DNA of 64,000 nucleotides from Actinomycetota bacterium (GCA_016703525.1 JADJBW010000003.1:19849-83848); one strand, 5' to 3'. Shown: positions 9,884 through 20,378, numbered from the stretch's first letter. Notes: generated by a model from the sequence alone, not told the origin. Numbers and translations are program-made.

Positions 9884-10981
9884 GTGCGGCAGGTCTCGAT
9901 CCACGAGTTGACCGAGGACGTGCTGCGTCGGTCGTACGACCGTGGCTCGCTGATACGTGGTCGCACCTACGCGGCCGAGGACCGCGTGCGGGTGGTGAGC
10001 GCGGCGCCGGGCCTGCTGGTGGGGCTCGCCACCGGCCATGCGTCGCAGCCGTATCGGGTGCAGGTGGCGTGGGCCGCCCGCGGCGCGTCGATCTCGGTGT
10101 CGGACGACTGCACGTGCCCGGTGGGGCTGGCCTGCAAGCACGCCGTGGCGTTGATTCTCACCGCGCAGCGCTCGGCCAGGGCGACACCGGCGCCGGGGTC
10201 GCCGGGATCGCCCGGATCGCCCGGTCATGTTGGAGTGACGGACCCGGCGCGCCTGACGGGCCCCGAGCGGCAGTTCGCCGATTGGCGCCGGGTCTTCCAT
10301 GACCTGCGCGACGAGCACGCGGTCGACCCGGACGAGACGCCGATCGCGATCGAGTTCGCGATCAGCACGATCAAGCCGAGCCGGTATGTGCCGTCGCCGC
10401 GCCCCGACGTGACGTTGCGCCCGCTGCGGCGGGGGTCGAAGGGGGCGTGGATCCGCACGGGCGTGTCGTGGCGCGACCTCGAGTCGGGGTACGCGTACGC
10501 GCTTCGCGACATCGATCCGGTGCATCGGAACGCGGCGCGTGCGCTGCTGATGAGCCTGACGACCAACCGGTACAACACGCCGGCCACGCTTCCGCTCGGT
10601 CCGGCACAGCCCGACGTGTGGCAGATGCTGCGGCGGTTGGTCGACGCCGGGGTGGCCTTGGTCGGCGAGCGCACGGGACCGACCGAGGTGGTGCTCGCAG
10701 GCGACCCGGCGCGGCTCGCCGTCGACCTGGTTGACGCTGGAGACGGAGCCATTCGGGTGTCGGCGAGGTTGGAGCACGACGACCCCGCGCTCACGGCGAA
10801 TGCGTCCGCGGTCGGGCTGCTTGGCGATCCTCCGCACGGGCTGTTCGTGGTGAACGGCGCGCAGCTCACGCTGGTGCCCTTCGCCCAGCGCTTGCCCCGA
10901 GCGGCCGGCCGCCTCCTCGCCACCCCGTTGGTGGTGCCCCCGGCCGACGTCGACGAGCTGCTCGACGCGACGTTCCGCTGA
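9884..10981 (+). CDS. SWIM zinc-finger domain protein (HelZ-associated)
   Basis: SWIM motif CTCPVGLACKHAVAL; (GSP)3 SSR; stop overlaps ATG of downstream SNF2 helicase (TGATG); GTG start at VRQVSIHEL. Confidence 0.7.
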   Translation: MRQVSIHELTEDVLRRSYDRGSLIRGRTYAAEDRVRVVSAAPGLLVGLATGHASQPYRVQVAWAARGASISVSDDCTCPVGLACKHAVALILTAQRSARATPAPGSPGSPGSPGHVGVTDPARLTGPERQFADWRRVFHDLRDEHAVDPDETPIAIEFAISTIKPSRYVPSPRPDVTLRPLRRGSKGAWIRTGVSWRDLESGYAYALRDIDPVHRNAARALLMSLTTNRYNTPATLPLGPAQPDVWQMLRRLVDAGVALVGERTGPTEVVLAGDPARLAVDLVDAGDGAIRVSARLEHDDPALTANASAVGLLGDPPHGLFVVNGAQLTLVPFAQRLPRAAGRLLATPLVVPPADVDELLDATFR

Positions 10982-13198
10982 TGGCGCAGCATGGGCGGGT
11001 CGGCTCGTCGGACGCCTCGGTCGAGGTGGTGCTGAGCGAGTTCGTCGGCGTCGTCGCGCAGGTGCGTCGCGTGGTGCCCGATGTCGCCGAGCTCACGTGG
11101 GGTCTGCGGTACCGCCGGGGCCAACGCATCACCACGCACCCGCTTGCGCCCACCTCAGCGGTCGGACGCGATCGCGATGCGGAGGTCGCGGCGGTCGACG
11201 CGCTGGAACTCCCGGTGCATCTGCTGGCGTCGATCGCGTGGCCGGACGGTCGGCCGCGCGCCACCGTGGCGCGCGGACGCGACACGGTCACCCTCATGGC
11301 CGAGGTGATTCCGTGGTTGCTCGAACGCGGGCAGGTGCTCGTGGAGGTCGACTCCGAGTTGCCCGCCCTGCGCGAGGCGCTTGGCGATCCCCTGATCGAG
11401 CTCTCGGTGTCGGACGGCGCCGCCGATACCGACGGCGCGGATGGGCAGCGCACCGACTGGTTCGATCTCTCGGTGCAGGTGAGCGTCGACGGCGAGGACG
11501 TCGAGTTCGCGTCGCTGTTCGCGGCGCTGTCGCGCGACGACGAGGTGCTGTTCCTCTCCAGCGGATCATGGCTGCGGCTCGATCGGCCCGAATTCGCGCG
11601 CTTGCGCGAGCTGATCGGCGAGGCGTCGGGTCTCGCCGATGGGGCGGTCGGCGACGGGGTGCGGATCAACCGCTTCCAGACGAGCTGGTGGGACGAGCTC
11701 GCCGGCCTCGGCGTGATCCAGCATCAGTCGGAGCGCTGGCAGCGAAGCGTGGCGCAGCTCGGGTCGCTCACCGCCCCGGCCCGCATCGAGCCGCCCGAGG
11801 GCCTGCAAGCCGAGCTGCGCGACTATCAGCGCGAGGGCTTCGATTGGCTGGTCTTCCTCGCGGAACACGGCCTGGGCGGCGTGCTCGCCGACGACATGGG
11901 GTTGGGCAAGACGGTGCAGACCCTGGCGCTGATGCTGCACTCGCTCGACCGCAAGCCCTCGGCGAGGTTCCTGGTGGTCGCTCCGACCAGCGTGGTGGAG
12001 AACTGGCATCGCGAGGCCAGCCAGTTCGCTCCGTCGATCGAGGTCGCGACGATCGCGGAGACGGCGCGACGCCGCGGCCGCAGCCTTGCCGAGGCGGTCG
12101 GCTCGGCCGCGCTCGTGGTCACGTCGTATGCGCTGTTCCGCATCGAGTTCGACGAGTACCAGGCGCTCGGGTGGGATCTGCTGGTGCTCGACGAGGCGCA
12201 GTTCGTCAAGAACCACCAGGGCAAGACCTACCAGTGCGCGCGGCGCTTGAACGCCGCGTCGAAGCTGGCGATCACCGGCACCCCACTCGAGAACAGCCTC
12301 ATGGACCTGTGGTCGTTGTTGTCGATCACGGCGCCGGGCCTCTACCCCGATCCCAAGCGGTTCTCCGAGGTGTACCGGGTGCCGATCGAGAGCGGCCGTG
12401 CGCCGGAGCTGCTGACGACCCTGCGCCGGCGGATCGCACCGTTGATGCGCCGACGTACCAAGGACGAGGTGCTCTCGGAGCTGCCGCCGAAGACCGAGCT
12501 GACGGTCGAGGTGCCGATGAACGCGAAGCACGCTCGGATCTACCAGACCCAGCTGCAGCGGCAGCGCCAGAAGGTGCTCGGGCTGGTGGGCGACATGCGG
12601 CGGAACCGCTTCGAGATCCTGAAGTCACTCACGCTGTTGCGACAGCTGAGCCTTGACCCGGGCCTGGTCGACGAGGAGCATGCTGCGGTCGGCTCGGCCA
12701 AGCTGGATCGTCTCGTCGACGATCTGGCTCAGGTCGTCGCAGAGGGTCACCGGGCGCTGGTGTTCAGCCAATTCACCCGCTACCTCGCCAAGCTGAAGGT
12801 CCGCCTCGACGAGGAGGGAATCGGCTACTCGTACCTCGACGGTCGCACCCGTCACCGCGACCAGGCCATCAGCCGGTTCAAGGACGGCGGCGCGCCGGTC
12901 TTCGTGATCAGCCTGAAGGCCGGCGGGTTCGGACTGAACCTGACCGAGGCCGACTACTGCTTCGTGCTCGACCCCTGGTGGAACCCGGCTGTCGAGATGC
13001 AGGCGGTCGACCGCACATCGCATCGGGCAGGTCAACCCCGTGATCGTCTATCGGTACGTGTCGACCGGCACGATCGAGGAGAAGGTGATGGATCTGAAGG
13101 CGCGCAAGGCGGCGCTGTTCAGCGATGTGATGGATGCGGACGGGGCGCTGTCGGGAGCGCTCTCGGCCGACGACATTCGGGGGATGTTCGACCTGTAG
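10981..13198 (+). CDS. helZ: SNF2-family DEAD/DEAH helicase (HelZ-like), apparent -1 frameshift near 13008
   Basis: SNF2 motifs [29 protein letters not shown], helicase-C (FSQFT…[15 protein letters not shown]…QAVDR); C-terminal 60 aa ([32 protein letters not shown]…GMFDL*) lie in another frame. Confidence 0.8.
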
Positions 13199-13229
13199 CG
13201 GCGGGTGTCGAGCGAGGCGTCGGCTCGGC

Positions 13230-14114
13230 TCAGGACCCGGTGACGAAGTCGAGGATGGCGCGATTCACGACTGTGGGCTGTTCGAGCTGGAGGAAGTGCC
13301 CGGCACCCTCGACGATCTCGGCCCGGCTCCCCGGTGCGGTGAGCACCGCAGGCGTGGCCGCCGCGAGCCAGGCACCCATGCACCCGTCGTCGGCGCCGTG
13401 CAGGTACAGCAGCGGCTGCGGGGGAATCGCGAGCGTGGCGTTCTGCGCCTCGGCAAGCGCGGGGTCGTGGAACTCGGGCTGGAGGGTTTGGCGGTAGTAC
13501 CCGAGCGCGGCGCTCAGATGCGCGGGCGTCGCCATCGCCTCGATGAAGTGGTCCACGTCGACCGCTTCGTCGTAGCCGGGCGACCAGTCGCGCCAGAGCT
13601 TGGTGATGAACTCGTAGTCGTTCATGGGCACCGCGAGGTCGGCCAGCGGGTTGAGTTGGAAGAACATGTACCAGCTCAGGCGGAGCTGCTCGTAGGAGAA
13701 GAACGCCTGAGCGGTGACGGGTCCGGGTGGTACCGCCGCGGCGACGACGCGTCGCCAGCGATGGGGTGCGATCCCGGCACCCGAGTAGGCACCCATGGCG
13801 CCCCAGTCGTGCCCGATCAGCACGGCGTCGGAGGTGCCGCCGAGGGCCTCGTGGAGTGCGTTTGCGTCGACGCCGAGCACGCCGGCCTGATACCGGCCGT
13901 CGGCGGCGAGCGACGTGGGGGCGTAGCCGCGGTTGAACGGTGCGACGGCTCGGAAGCCCGCCGCTGCGAGCTCGGGAAGCAGGTGTCGCCAGGTGTACGC
14001 CGTGTCGGGGTAGCCGTGCAGGCAGAGCGCCAGCGGGCCGGAGCCCATCTCGAAGTACGCGAAGTCGATTCCGTTCGCCGTGATGTGGTGGAGGGTGTCG
14101 TCCATCTCGGGCAT
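13230..14114 (-). CDS. alpha/beta hydrolase fold protein (epoxide hydrolase-like)
   Basis: HGYPDTAYTWRH…, nucleophile elbow GHDWG, C-terminal His (GAGHFLQLEQP). Confidence 0.8.
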   Translation of the reverse strand: MPEMDDTLHHITANGIDFAYFEMGSGPLALCLHGYPDTAYTWRHLLPELAAAGFRAVAPFNRGYAPTSLAADGRYQAGVLGVDANALHEALGGTSDAVLIGHDWGAMGAYSGAGIAPHRWRRVVAAAVPPGPVTAQAFFSYEQLRLSWYMFFQLNPLADLAVPMNDYEFITKLWRDWSPGYDEAVDVDHFIEAMATPAHLSAALGYYRQTLQPEFHDPALAEAQNATLAIPPQPLLYLHGADDGCMGAWLAAATPAVLTAPGSRAEIVEGAGHFLQLEQPTVVNRAILDFVTGS

Positions 14115-14255
14115 GGCCGCACACTACGGCGGCGGAGCTCCGGCCGCCGGACGTGGGTCGCGAATGACATTGGTCACAGTTCGGGACCGGCCGGAGGTTT
14201 CGTCGTAAGTTGAGTTCTTTCCGCACACTACGGGGGCCGACGCGCAGAGGGGGCC

Positions 14256-15089
14256 GTGCTGAACGTCAGGTTTTTCGGTGTCCGCGGTTCGACGCCCTGC
14301 TCGTGTGAGTCGAATCAGCGGTACGGCGGGAACACCGCCTGTGTTGTCGTTCGCGGCGACACCGGCGATCCGATCGTGCTCGATCTCGGAACGGGCCTGC
14401 GCTTCTGGGGCCTCGAGCCGCAGCCGGAACCGTTCCGGGCCACGGCGCTCGTCACCCACCTGCATTGGGACCACGTGCAGGGCCTGCCCTTCTTCACGCC
14501 GATGCATCGCGAGGGTGCGTCCATGCGCATCATCGGCCCACGCCAACACGATCGCACCCTTCGGGACGCGTTCGACGAGTTTCTCCGGCCGCCCTATTTC
14601 CCCGTGTCGCTCGACCAGCTCGCGGGCTCGTTCGAGTTCGACGAGGTGGGCAGCGACCGATTCCCGATCGGCGAGGCAACCGTCACCTCGGCGTGGGTTC
14701 CCCATGTGGGACCGACGGTGGGGTATCGCATCGAGCTCGACGGCCGGTCGATCGCCTACATCAGCGACCATCAGCAGCCGGGGTGCGCGTCGACGCGGGT
14801 CGACGACGAGGTCTTGCGGCTCTGCGAGGGCGTGGACGTGTTGATCCACGACGCGCAGTACACCGAGGCCGAGTTCCTCGCGAAGTACGACTGGGGCCAT
14901 TGCACGGTCGACTACGCCGTGGAGGTCGCGGCGCAGGCGCGGGTCGGACAGCTCGTGTTGTTCCACCACGATCCGTCGCACGACGACACGATGGTCGACG
15001 CCGTCACGGCCCAGGCGGCGCATCTCGCGGGAGGCCGGTCGGTTCCCGTGATCGCCGCATACGAAGGCCTCGAACTGCAACTGGGTTGA
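14256..15089 (+). CDS. MBL-fold metallo-hydrolase
   Basis: HxHxDH motif (THLHWDHVQG), downstream His/Asp ligands. Confidence 0.8.
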   Translation: MLNVRFFGVRGSTPCSCESNQRYGGNTACVVVRGDTGDPIVLDLGTGLRFWGLEPQPEPFRATALVTHLHWDHVQGLPFFTPMHREGASMRIIGPRQHDRTLRDAFDEFLRPPYFPVSLDQLAGSFEFDEVGSDRFPIGEATVTSAWVPHVGPTVGYRIELDGRSIAYISDHQQPGCASTRVDDEVLRLCEGVDVLIHDAQYTEAEFLAKYDWGHCTVDYAVEVAAQARVGQLVLFHHDPSHDDTMVDAVTAQAAHLAGGRSVPVIAAYEGLELQLG

Positions 15090-15129
15090 CGGATCCGTCG
15101 GCCGACCGAGCCGGGTTCGCCTCGGCGGG

Positions 15130-15909
15130 TCAGGCGTGCATCCGGCGGGGGAAGCCGATCCGCACGGCGGTGCCGGGCGACCAGTGTGCGATGGGCGCCA
15201 CGTCGGGCACGGGGCGGCCGATGGCGGCGGGGACCAGTTCGTCGTCGCAGCGGAGCACCTCGGCGTGGCGAAGCGGCCACGGAGGATGCTCCGCATGCGC
15301 GAAGCGCATGGTGCGTCCGCGGTATGAGTACAGCCGCCAGCGGCCGCTGAGGAAGTGGTCGAAGGGCGTCAGCTCGTCAGCGGTGAAGTCCGGCCCGATC
15401 CGCATTCGCACGGTCGACCGCAGGCCTCGTGGTCCCGGCCATCGCCGCTGGCAGGTGTAGGCAATCTCGTCGCCGTGGTGCTCCAGCGTCATCTTCGACC
15501 AGAAGTACGGCATCGCGTAGGCGGAGCGGCCGGCGATCACGGCGGGCAGGCGAGCGGCGTCGAGCGACAGGAACCAGACGCCGCGCGTGCCGTCCGGCGC
15601 CGTTGCGTACGTGCGCACGTTCGTCTCACAGAAGTGCGAGATCCACGGCAGCGCGGGTCCGCGCGCGGCGCGCACCTCCATGAGGAACGGCACGAGGCCG
15701 ACCCAGGCGCGACCGTCGAAGGTGTCGACCGCCAGCCCCGGAGGGAGGAGCCGCTGGATCTCGTCGGGTTCGAACGACCAGTGGAGGAAGGTCAGCAGAT
15801 CCCATCGGTGGAGCATCGACGCTCGGTCGACGGTGAGCGGGCAGACGCCGTCGTTGCGTTCGCTCGCGGTAGGGGAACGTTCGTACTCGGCCATGCCCAA
15901 TTCATACAA
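15130..15909 (-). CDS. DUF2071 (YqjF-like) family protein
   Basis: sequence pattern typical of DUF2071 (…LLTFLHWSFEPDEIQRLLP…GRAWVGLVPF…); 259 aa. Confidence 0.55.
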   Translation of the reverse strand: MYELGMAEYERSPTASERNDGVCPLTVDRASMLHRWDLLTFLHWSFEPDEIQRLLPPGLAVDTFDGRAWVGLVPFLMEVRAARGPALPWISHFCETNVRTYATAPDGTRGVWFLSLDAARLPAVIAGRSAYAMPYFWSKMTLEHHGDEIAYTCQRRWPGPRGLRSTVRMRIGPDFTADELTPFDHFLSGRWRLYSYRGRTMRFAHAEHPPWPLRHAEVLRCDDELVPAAIGRPVPDVAPIAHWSPGTAVRIGFPRRMHA

Positions 15910-15995
15910 GCGTATGAATTGACGCGCAAGTCGGGTCGTCGGCAGGCAGTCCGCCGGAGTCCGGAGGCGGATGCGCCCCTGAACTGAGCGTCGCC

Positions 15996-16544
15996 GTGGG
16001 CCGCTATCGTCGTCGCCGACCGCAACGCAAGGGGATCCCGTTGTCCGACGACGCCATCGCCATTGACTCCGCCGAGTTCCGCAAGGTCCTCGGCCACTTT
16101 CCGACGGGCGTCACCGTGGTGGCCGCCGTCGCCGACGGCAAGCCGGCCGGCCTCGCTGTCGGCTCGTTCTTCTCGGTATCGCTCGACCCGCCGCTGGTCG
16201 GGTTCTGCGTCGGTCGCTCCTCGTCGTCGTGGGCGCTCATCAGGGACGCCGGCCACTTCGTGGTCAACGTGCTCGGCGACTCCCAGGACGCGCTGTCGGG
16301 CCGGTTCTCGTCGAAGGTCGAGGACAAGTTCGAGGGGCTCGACTGGTCGCCGGCGGTGGCCACGGGCGGTCCGCGTCTCGCCGGTTGCCTGGCTCACATC
16401 GACTGCACGCTCGAGAGCATCTACGACGGCGGCGACCACGACATCGTCGTCGGCAGGGTGCAGGCCCTCGGCGTCGACCCCTCCGAGGACGGGCCGCTGC
16501 TGTTCTTCAAGGGCGCCTACGGCAAGCTGGCTCCTCTGTCGTGA
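15996..16544 (+). CDS. flavin reductase family protein (NADH:FMN oxidoreductase RutF/HpaC-like)
   Basis: FRKVLGHFPTGVTVV…SFFSVSLDPPLV…HFVVNVL… ; true start probably a downstream TTG/GTG. Confidence 0.75.
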   Translation: MGRYRRRRPQRKGIPLSDDAIAIDSAEFRKVLGHFPTGVTVVAAVADGKPAGLAVGSFFSVSLDPPLVGFCVGRSSSSWALIRDAGHFVVNVLGDSQDALSGRFSSKVEDKFEGLDWSPAVATGGPRLAGCLAHIDCTLESIYDGGDHDIVVGRVQALGVDPSEDGPLLFFKGAYGKLAPLS

Positions 16545-16602
16545 CCCGGGGCCCCGCCTCGGCCCGCACCTGAACCTGCCCTGTCCGGCGGATCGGAGCA
16601 CC

Positions 16603-17121
16603 GTGCCTATCTATGCCCTCGGCCATCAGATCCCCGAGATCCACCCCGACGCGTACGTGCATCCGGACGCAATCGTGATCGGCTCGGTCGTGATCGGAGC
16701 GCACTCGTCGGTGTGGCCCACGGCCGTGGTGCGCGGCGACGACGGCCATATCTATGTGGGCGAACGCACGTCGATCCAGGACGGAACGATCGTGCACACC
16801 ACGTTCTTCCATCCGACGACCATCGGCGACGAGGTCACGATCGGTCACAACGCGCACCTGGAGGGCTGCACGATTCACGACCGGGCGCTCGTCGGTTCGG
16901 GGGCCGTCGTGCTCCACGAGGTGGTGGTGGGCGAGGAGGCGGTCGTCGGCGCCAACGCGTTCGTGCCGAACCGCAAGCAGATTCCGCCGCTCGCTCGCGC
17001 ACTCGGGGTGCCGGTGACGATCACCGAGCACGCGGTCCAGCCCGGCTGGTTCGCGCTCGGGGTGCAGAGCTACGTCGACCGTTCTGCGCGGTATCGCCAG
17101 GAGCTGCGCCGCCTCGACTGA
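16603..17121 (+). CDS. gamma-class carbonic anhydrase family (hexapeptide-repeat) protein
   Basis: left-handed beta-helix repeats with His ligands (IGAHSSVW…[17 protein letters not shown]…GHNAHLEG); GTG start. Confidence 0.8.
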   Translation: MPIYALGHQIPEIHPDAYVHPDAIVIGSVVIGAHSSVWPTAVVRGDDGHIYVGERTSIQDGTIVHTTFFHPTTIGDEVTIGHNAHLEGCTIHDRALVGSGAVVLHEVVVGEEAVVGANAFVPNRKQIPPLARALGVPVTITEHAVQPGWFALGVQSYVDRSARYRQELRRLD

Positions 17122-17179
17122 CGCGTCGTCCGGCCCGTCGTCGGGGCGTGGCCCCTGCTGCTGTTCGTGCGCTCCTCCG

Positions 17180-17212
17180 AATTGTTACTATCTGGGTAGG
17201 ACTAATAACGTG
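17180..17212. promoter_or_regulatory. AT-rich imperfect palindrome upstream of sufB (candidate promoter/operator)
   Basis: ATTGTTACTATCTGGGTAGGACTAATAACG, a conspicuous AT-rich island in ~70% GC DNA 45 bp upstream of the sufB ATG. Confidence 0.3.
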
Positions 17213-17255
17213 CCCGGGCGGCGACCGCCGAGCCGGGCCGAGTAGGGAGTTCCCC

Positions 17256-18653
17256 ATGACCGAGATCGACCTGGATCTGAGTCGCTACCAGCTCGGTTGG
17301 CACGACGACGTCGACTACGTGTTCAAGCCCCGCCGCGGGCTCGACGAAGCGATCGTGCGCGAGATGTCGGGCATGAAGGGGGAGCCCGAGTGGATGCTGA
17401 AGCGTCGGCTCAAGTCGCTGCGCGCCTTCGAGAAGCGCCCGATGCCCAACTGGGGCGGCGACATGAGCGAGATCTACTTCGACGACATCTACTACTACAT
17501 CAAGCCCACCGACCATCAGGTCGACGAGTGGGACGACCTGCCCGACGCCATCAAGAACACCTACGAGAAGCTCGGCATCCCCGAGGCGGAGCGCAAGTAC
17601 CTCGCCGGCGTGACCGCGCAGTTCGAGTCCGAGGTCGTGTTCCACCGCAACCGTGAGGACCTCGAGCAGCTCGGCATCATCTTCTGCGACATGGACACCG
17701 CGCTCCGCGAGTACCCCGAGCTGGTGAAGCAGTACTTCGGCACGGTCATCCCGCTGAACGACAACAAGTTCTCGGCGCTCAACAGCGCGGTGTGGTCGGG
17801 TGGCTCGTTCATCTACGTCCCGAAGGGCGTCAAGGTTGACATGCCGCTGCAGGCTTACTTCCGCATCAACACCCAGAACATGGGCCAGTTCGAGCGGACG
17901 CTGATCATCGCGGATGAGGGCTCCGAGGTGCACTACATCGAGGGGTGCTCGGCTCCCGTCTACACCTCCGACTCGCTGCACTCCGCCGTGGTCGAGATCG
18001 TGATCAAGCCGTCGGCCCGCGTGACGTACACGACCATCCAGAACTGGTCGAACAACGTGTTCAACCTGGTGACCAAGCGCGCCCGCGTCGAGGCCGAGGG
18101 GCACATGGAGTGGATCGACGGCAACATCGGCAGCCGCCTGACGATGAAGTACCCGGGCTGCACGCTGGTCGGGCCGAAGGCGTCGGGCGAGGTGCTGTCG
18201 GTCGCGTACGCCGGTCCGGGTCAGCACCAGGACACCGGGGCCAAGATGGTCCACGCCGCGCCCGAGACCACCTCGAAGGTGGTGTCGAAGTCGATCTCGA
18301 AGGACGGCGGGCGCACGTCGTACCGTGGCCTGGTCCACGTCGACGACGGGGCGTACGGCTGCAAGTCGCACGTCCAGTGCGACGCGCTCATCCTCGACGA
18401 TGATTCGGTGTCCGACACGTACCCCTACATGGAGGTCGGGTCGAAGGACGCCGTCATCGGGCACGAGGCCACCGTGTCGAAGATCGCCGACGAGCAGCTT
18501 TTCTACCTGCAGAGCCGCGGTCTCTCCGAGGAGCAGGCCATGTCGATGGTGGTCAACGGGTTCATCGAGCCCATCACCCGCACGCTCCCCATGGAGTACG
18601 CCGTCGAATGGTCCCGCCTCATCGAACTCCAGATGGAGGGGAGTGTGGGCTGA
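17256..18653 (+). CDS. sufB: Fe-S cluster assembly protein SufB
   Basis: near-full-length match to SufB signature (…[10 protein letters not shown]…, …[16 protein letters not shown]…, …[25 protein letters not shown]…). Confidence 0.95.
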   Translation: MTEIDLDLSRYQLGWHDDVDYVFKPRRGLDEAIVREMSGMKGEPEWMLKRRLKSLRAFEKRPMPNWGGDMSEIYFDDIYYYIKPTDHQVDEWDDLPDAIKNTYEKLGIPEAERKYLAGVTAQFESEVVFHRNREDLEQLGIIFCDMDTALREYPELVKQYFGTVIPLNDNKFSALNSAVWSGGSFIYVPKGVKVDMPLQAYFRINTQNMGQFERTLIIADEGSEVHYIEGCSAPVYTSDSLHSAVVEIVIKPSARVTYTTIQNWSNNVFNLVTKRARVEAEGHMEWIDGNIGSRLTMKYPGCTLVGPKASGEVLSVAYAGPGQHQDTGAKMVHAAPETTSKVVSKSISKDGGRTSYRGLVHVDDGAYGCKSHVQCDALILDDDSVSDTYPYMEVGSKDAVIGHEATVSKIADEQLFYLQSRGLSEEQAMSMVVNGFIEPITRTLPMEYAVEWSRLIELQMEGSVG

Positions 18654-18689
18654 ACCCGCGAAGCCCACTCCGTGTGCGGTGGCGGTGCT

Positions 18690-18860
18690 GTGGAACTGGG
18701 CCGGATTGCGTACCGATTGGGTATGTGGATCGGCCCAGAACGGGGGGGCGGTGGCGGGCTGAACTGGGCCGGAGCGACCGAGATGTGGATCGGCCCAGAA
18801 TCGGCCCAGAACCGGCGCGGGTGATGGACCGGCCCAGAACGGGTTCAGGGGTCGGTGAAC
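18690..18860. repeat. cluster of REP-like palindromic repeats (GAACTGGGCCGG…ATCGGCCCAGAAC, >=4 copies of TCGGCCCAGAA core)
   Basis: two ~60-bp imperfect direct repeats each containing inverted CTGGGCCG/CGGCCCAG arms; directly downstream of sufB stop. Confidence 0.7.
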
Positions 18861-18869
18861 GGTGGAGGG

Positions 18870-19391
18870 GTCGACGACTTCGAGATCGATCGCCGGCCAG
18901 TTGTGGTAGCGGCGCTCGAGCGCTTCGACGACCCGGTCGAAGCGTGTGCGGTCGAGCGCTGAGCCCTCCCGTCGAACGGTGTCGGGGCGAATAGCGATCA
19001 CCCGGTCGAGCCGCGCCCAGCTCGGCCGGCGCTGCGCGTCCCACGCGCCGGCCCCGACGGGGAAACGCTCGTCTCCCACTTGTTCCGGCGGCCGGCTCGT
19101 CAGCGTGACGCCCGCGAGCCGGTCCTCGGCGACGTATCCGAGGATCAGGGTCGGGCGGTCCTTGCCCTGCGTGCGGTCCTCCTGGTGCGGGACCCAGGCC
19201 CACACGACCTCTCCGGGGTCGGGGTCGCCGTCGCGTTCGGGCCGGTACCCGACGTCGATCGCGAAGTGTCGACGCTGCACCGGCGTCGGGGGCTGCGACT
19301 CGTTGCGAGGGGGCGCCACGGTTTTCCGTCGACCGCGGCGCGTGAGGGTGCGGATGGCGGCTCCGATGAGCCCACGCTTCGTTGACGTCAC
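18870..19391 (-). CDS. possible PemK/MazF-like toxin-fold protein; 3' end undefined (no in-frame stop before repeat region/sufB)
   Basis: N-terminal segment GEVVWAWVPHQEDRTQGKDRPTLILGYV…DRLAGVTLTS resembles MazF/PemK core; frame stays open into the REP cluster and antisense of sufB. Confidence 0.3.
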
Positions 19392-19400
19392 CGGTCCAGA

Positions 19401-20378
19401 CTAGGGAAGCCCGGTCGGCCCGCCGTCCAGCCCTCCGTCGTCGGCGAGCACGGCGCGACCCTTGCCCGACCGCTTGGCCTGGTAGAGCGCTCGATCGGCC
19501 TCCGCCAGGAGGTCGTGCGACGAGTGCTCGCCGCGGCTGAGGTGGACGCCGACGCTCATGCCGACGCGAACTGTGGCGCCGAGCGCGACCGCCTCGGTGT
19601 CGACGGCAGCGATCAGGCGCCGAGCCAGGTGCACGGCGGCGGTGCCGTCGACGATGTCTTCGGCGACGACGACGAACTCGTCGCCGCCGAGCCGTGCGAG
19701 GGTGTCGGAGTTGCGGAGCTGGTGCGACATGCGGCGGCCGACCCATTGGAGCAGCGCGTCGCCGGTGGCGTGGCCGTGCTCGTCGTTGACTGCCTTGAAG
19801 CCATCGAGGTCGCAGAACAGCACGGCGAGCAGGGCGTGGTCGCGACTCGCTCGTCGGAGCGCCGAGGCGAGGATGAGTTCGAGGTTGGCCCGGTTCGGCA
19901 GCCCGGTGAGCGGGTCGAGCGTCGCGCGGCGAACCATGTCCAGGTTGCTGCGTTGGTGGGCCCGGCGAAGGCGTCGCTCGGTGGTCAACTCGTCGACCAC
20001 CACCGCGATCGGGTCGGTCCCCGGCCAGGCCGAGGTGCGGGCCGCGCTCCAGGCCACGTGCCGGGTCGAGCCGAAACTGTCGAGGATGACGGTCGCCGTC
20101 GGCTCGACGGTGTCGCCGCGCCGGGCGCGTTCGAGGGCTCGTCCCACAAGCTCGGCGGCGTCGCGTGGCAACAGTTCGTCGACCGTCCGACCGTCGAGTT
20201 GGTGGACCTCGGCAGCGAACAGCGTGCCGAACGCGGTGCTCGTCCATCGGATCCGTGCGTCGGCGTCGACGATCGCAACGGCCACCCGCGCTGCGTCGAG
20301 CGCGCTCCAGATGCCGTCTGCTCCTGCGGAGCGACGCGACGCGCCGGTTTCGCGCATGGGGCTGTCGCGATCGGCCAT
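19401..20378 (-). CDS. PAS sensor / GGDEF diguanylate cyclase
   Basis: GGDEF active site (RLGGDEF), upstream PAS-like segment; start taken at MADRDSPM; upstream extension possible. Confidence 0.8.
   Translation of the reverse strand: MADRDSPMRETGASRRSAGADGIWSALDAARVAVAIVDADARIRWTSTAFGTLFAAEVHQLDGRTVDELLPRDAAELVGRALERARRGDTVEPTATVILDSFGSTRHVAWSAARTSAWPGTDPIAVVVDELTTERRLRRAHQRSNLDMVRRATLDPLTGLPNRANLELILASALRRASRDHALLAVLFCDLDGFKAVNDEHGHATGDALLQWVGRRMSHQLRNSDTLARLGGDEFVVVAEDIVDGTAAVHLARRLIAAVDTEAVALGATVRVGMSVGVHLSRGEHSSHDLLAEADRALYQAKRSGKGRAVLADDGGLDGGPTGLP

Noticed and set aside
7480-9966. 828-aa ORF on the minus strand (also 17202..19391 -, 13048..14226 -, 21303..23039 -, 25272..26843 -, 30929..33150 +, 41575..43020 +, 43202..44632 -, 44898..46187 -, 36131..37561 +)
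   Set aside because: Arg/Pro/Gly-rich low-complexity translations lying antisense to well-supported conserved genes. These are typical spurious open frames of high-GC DNA.
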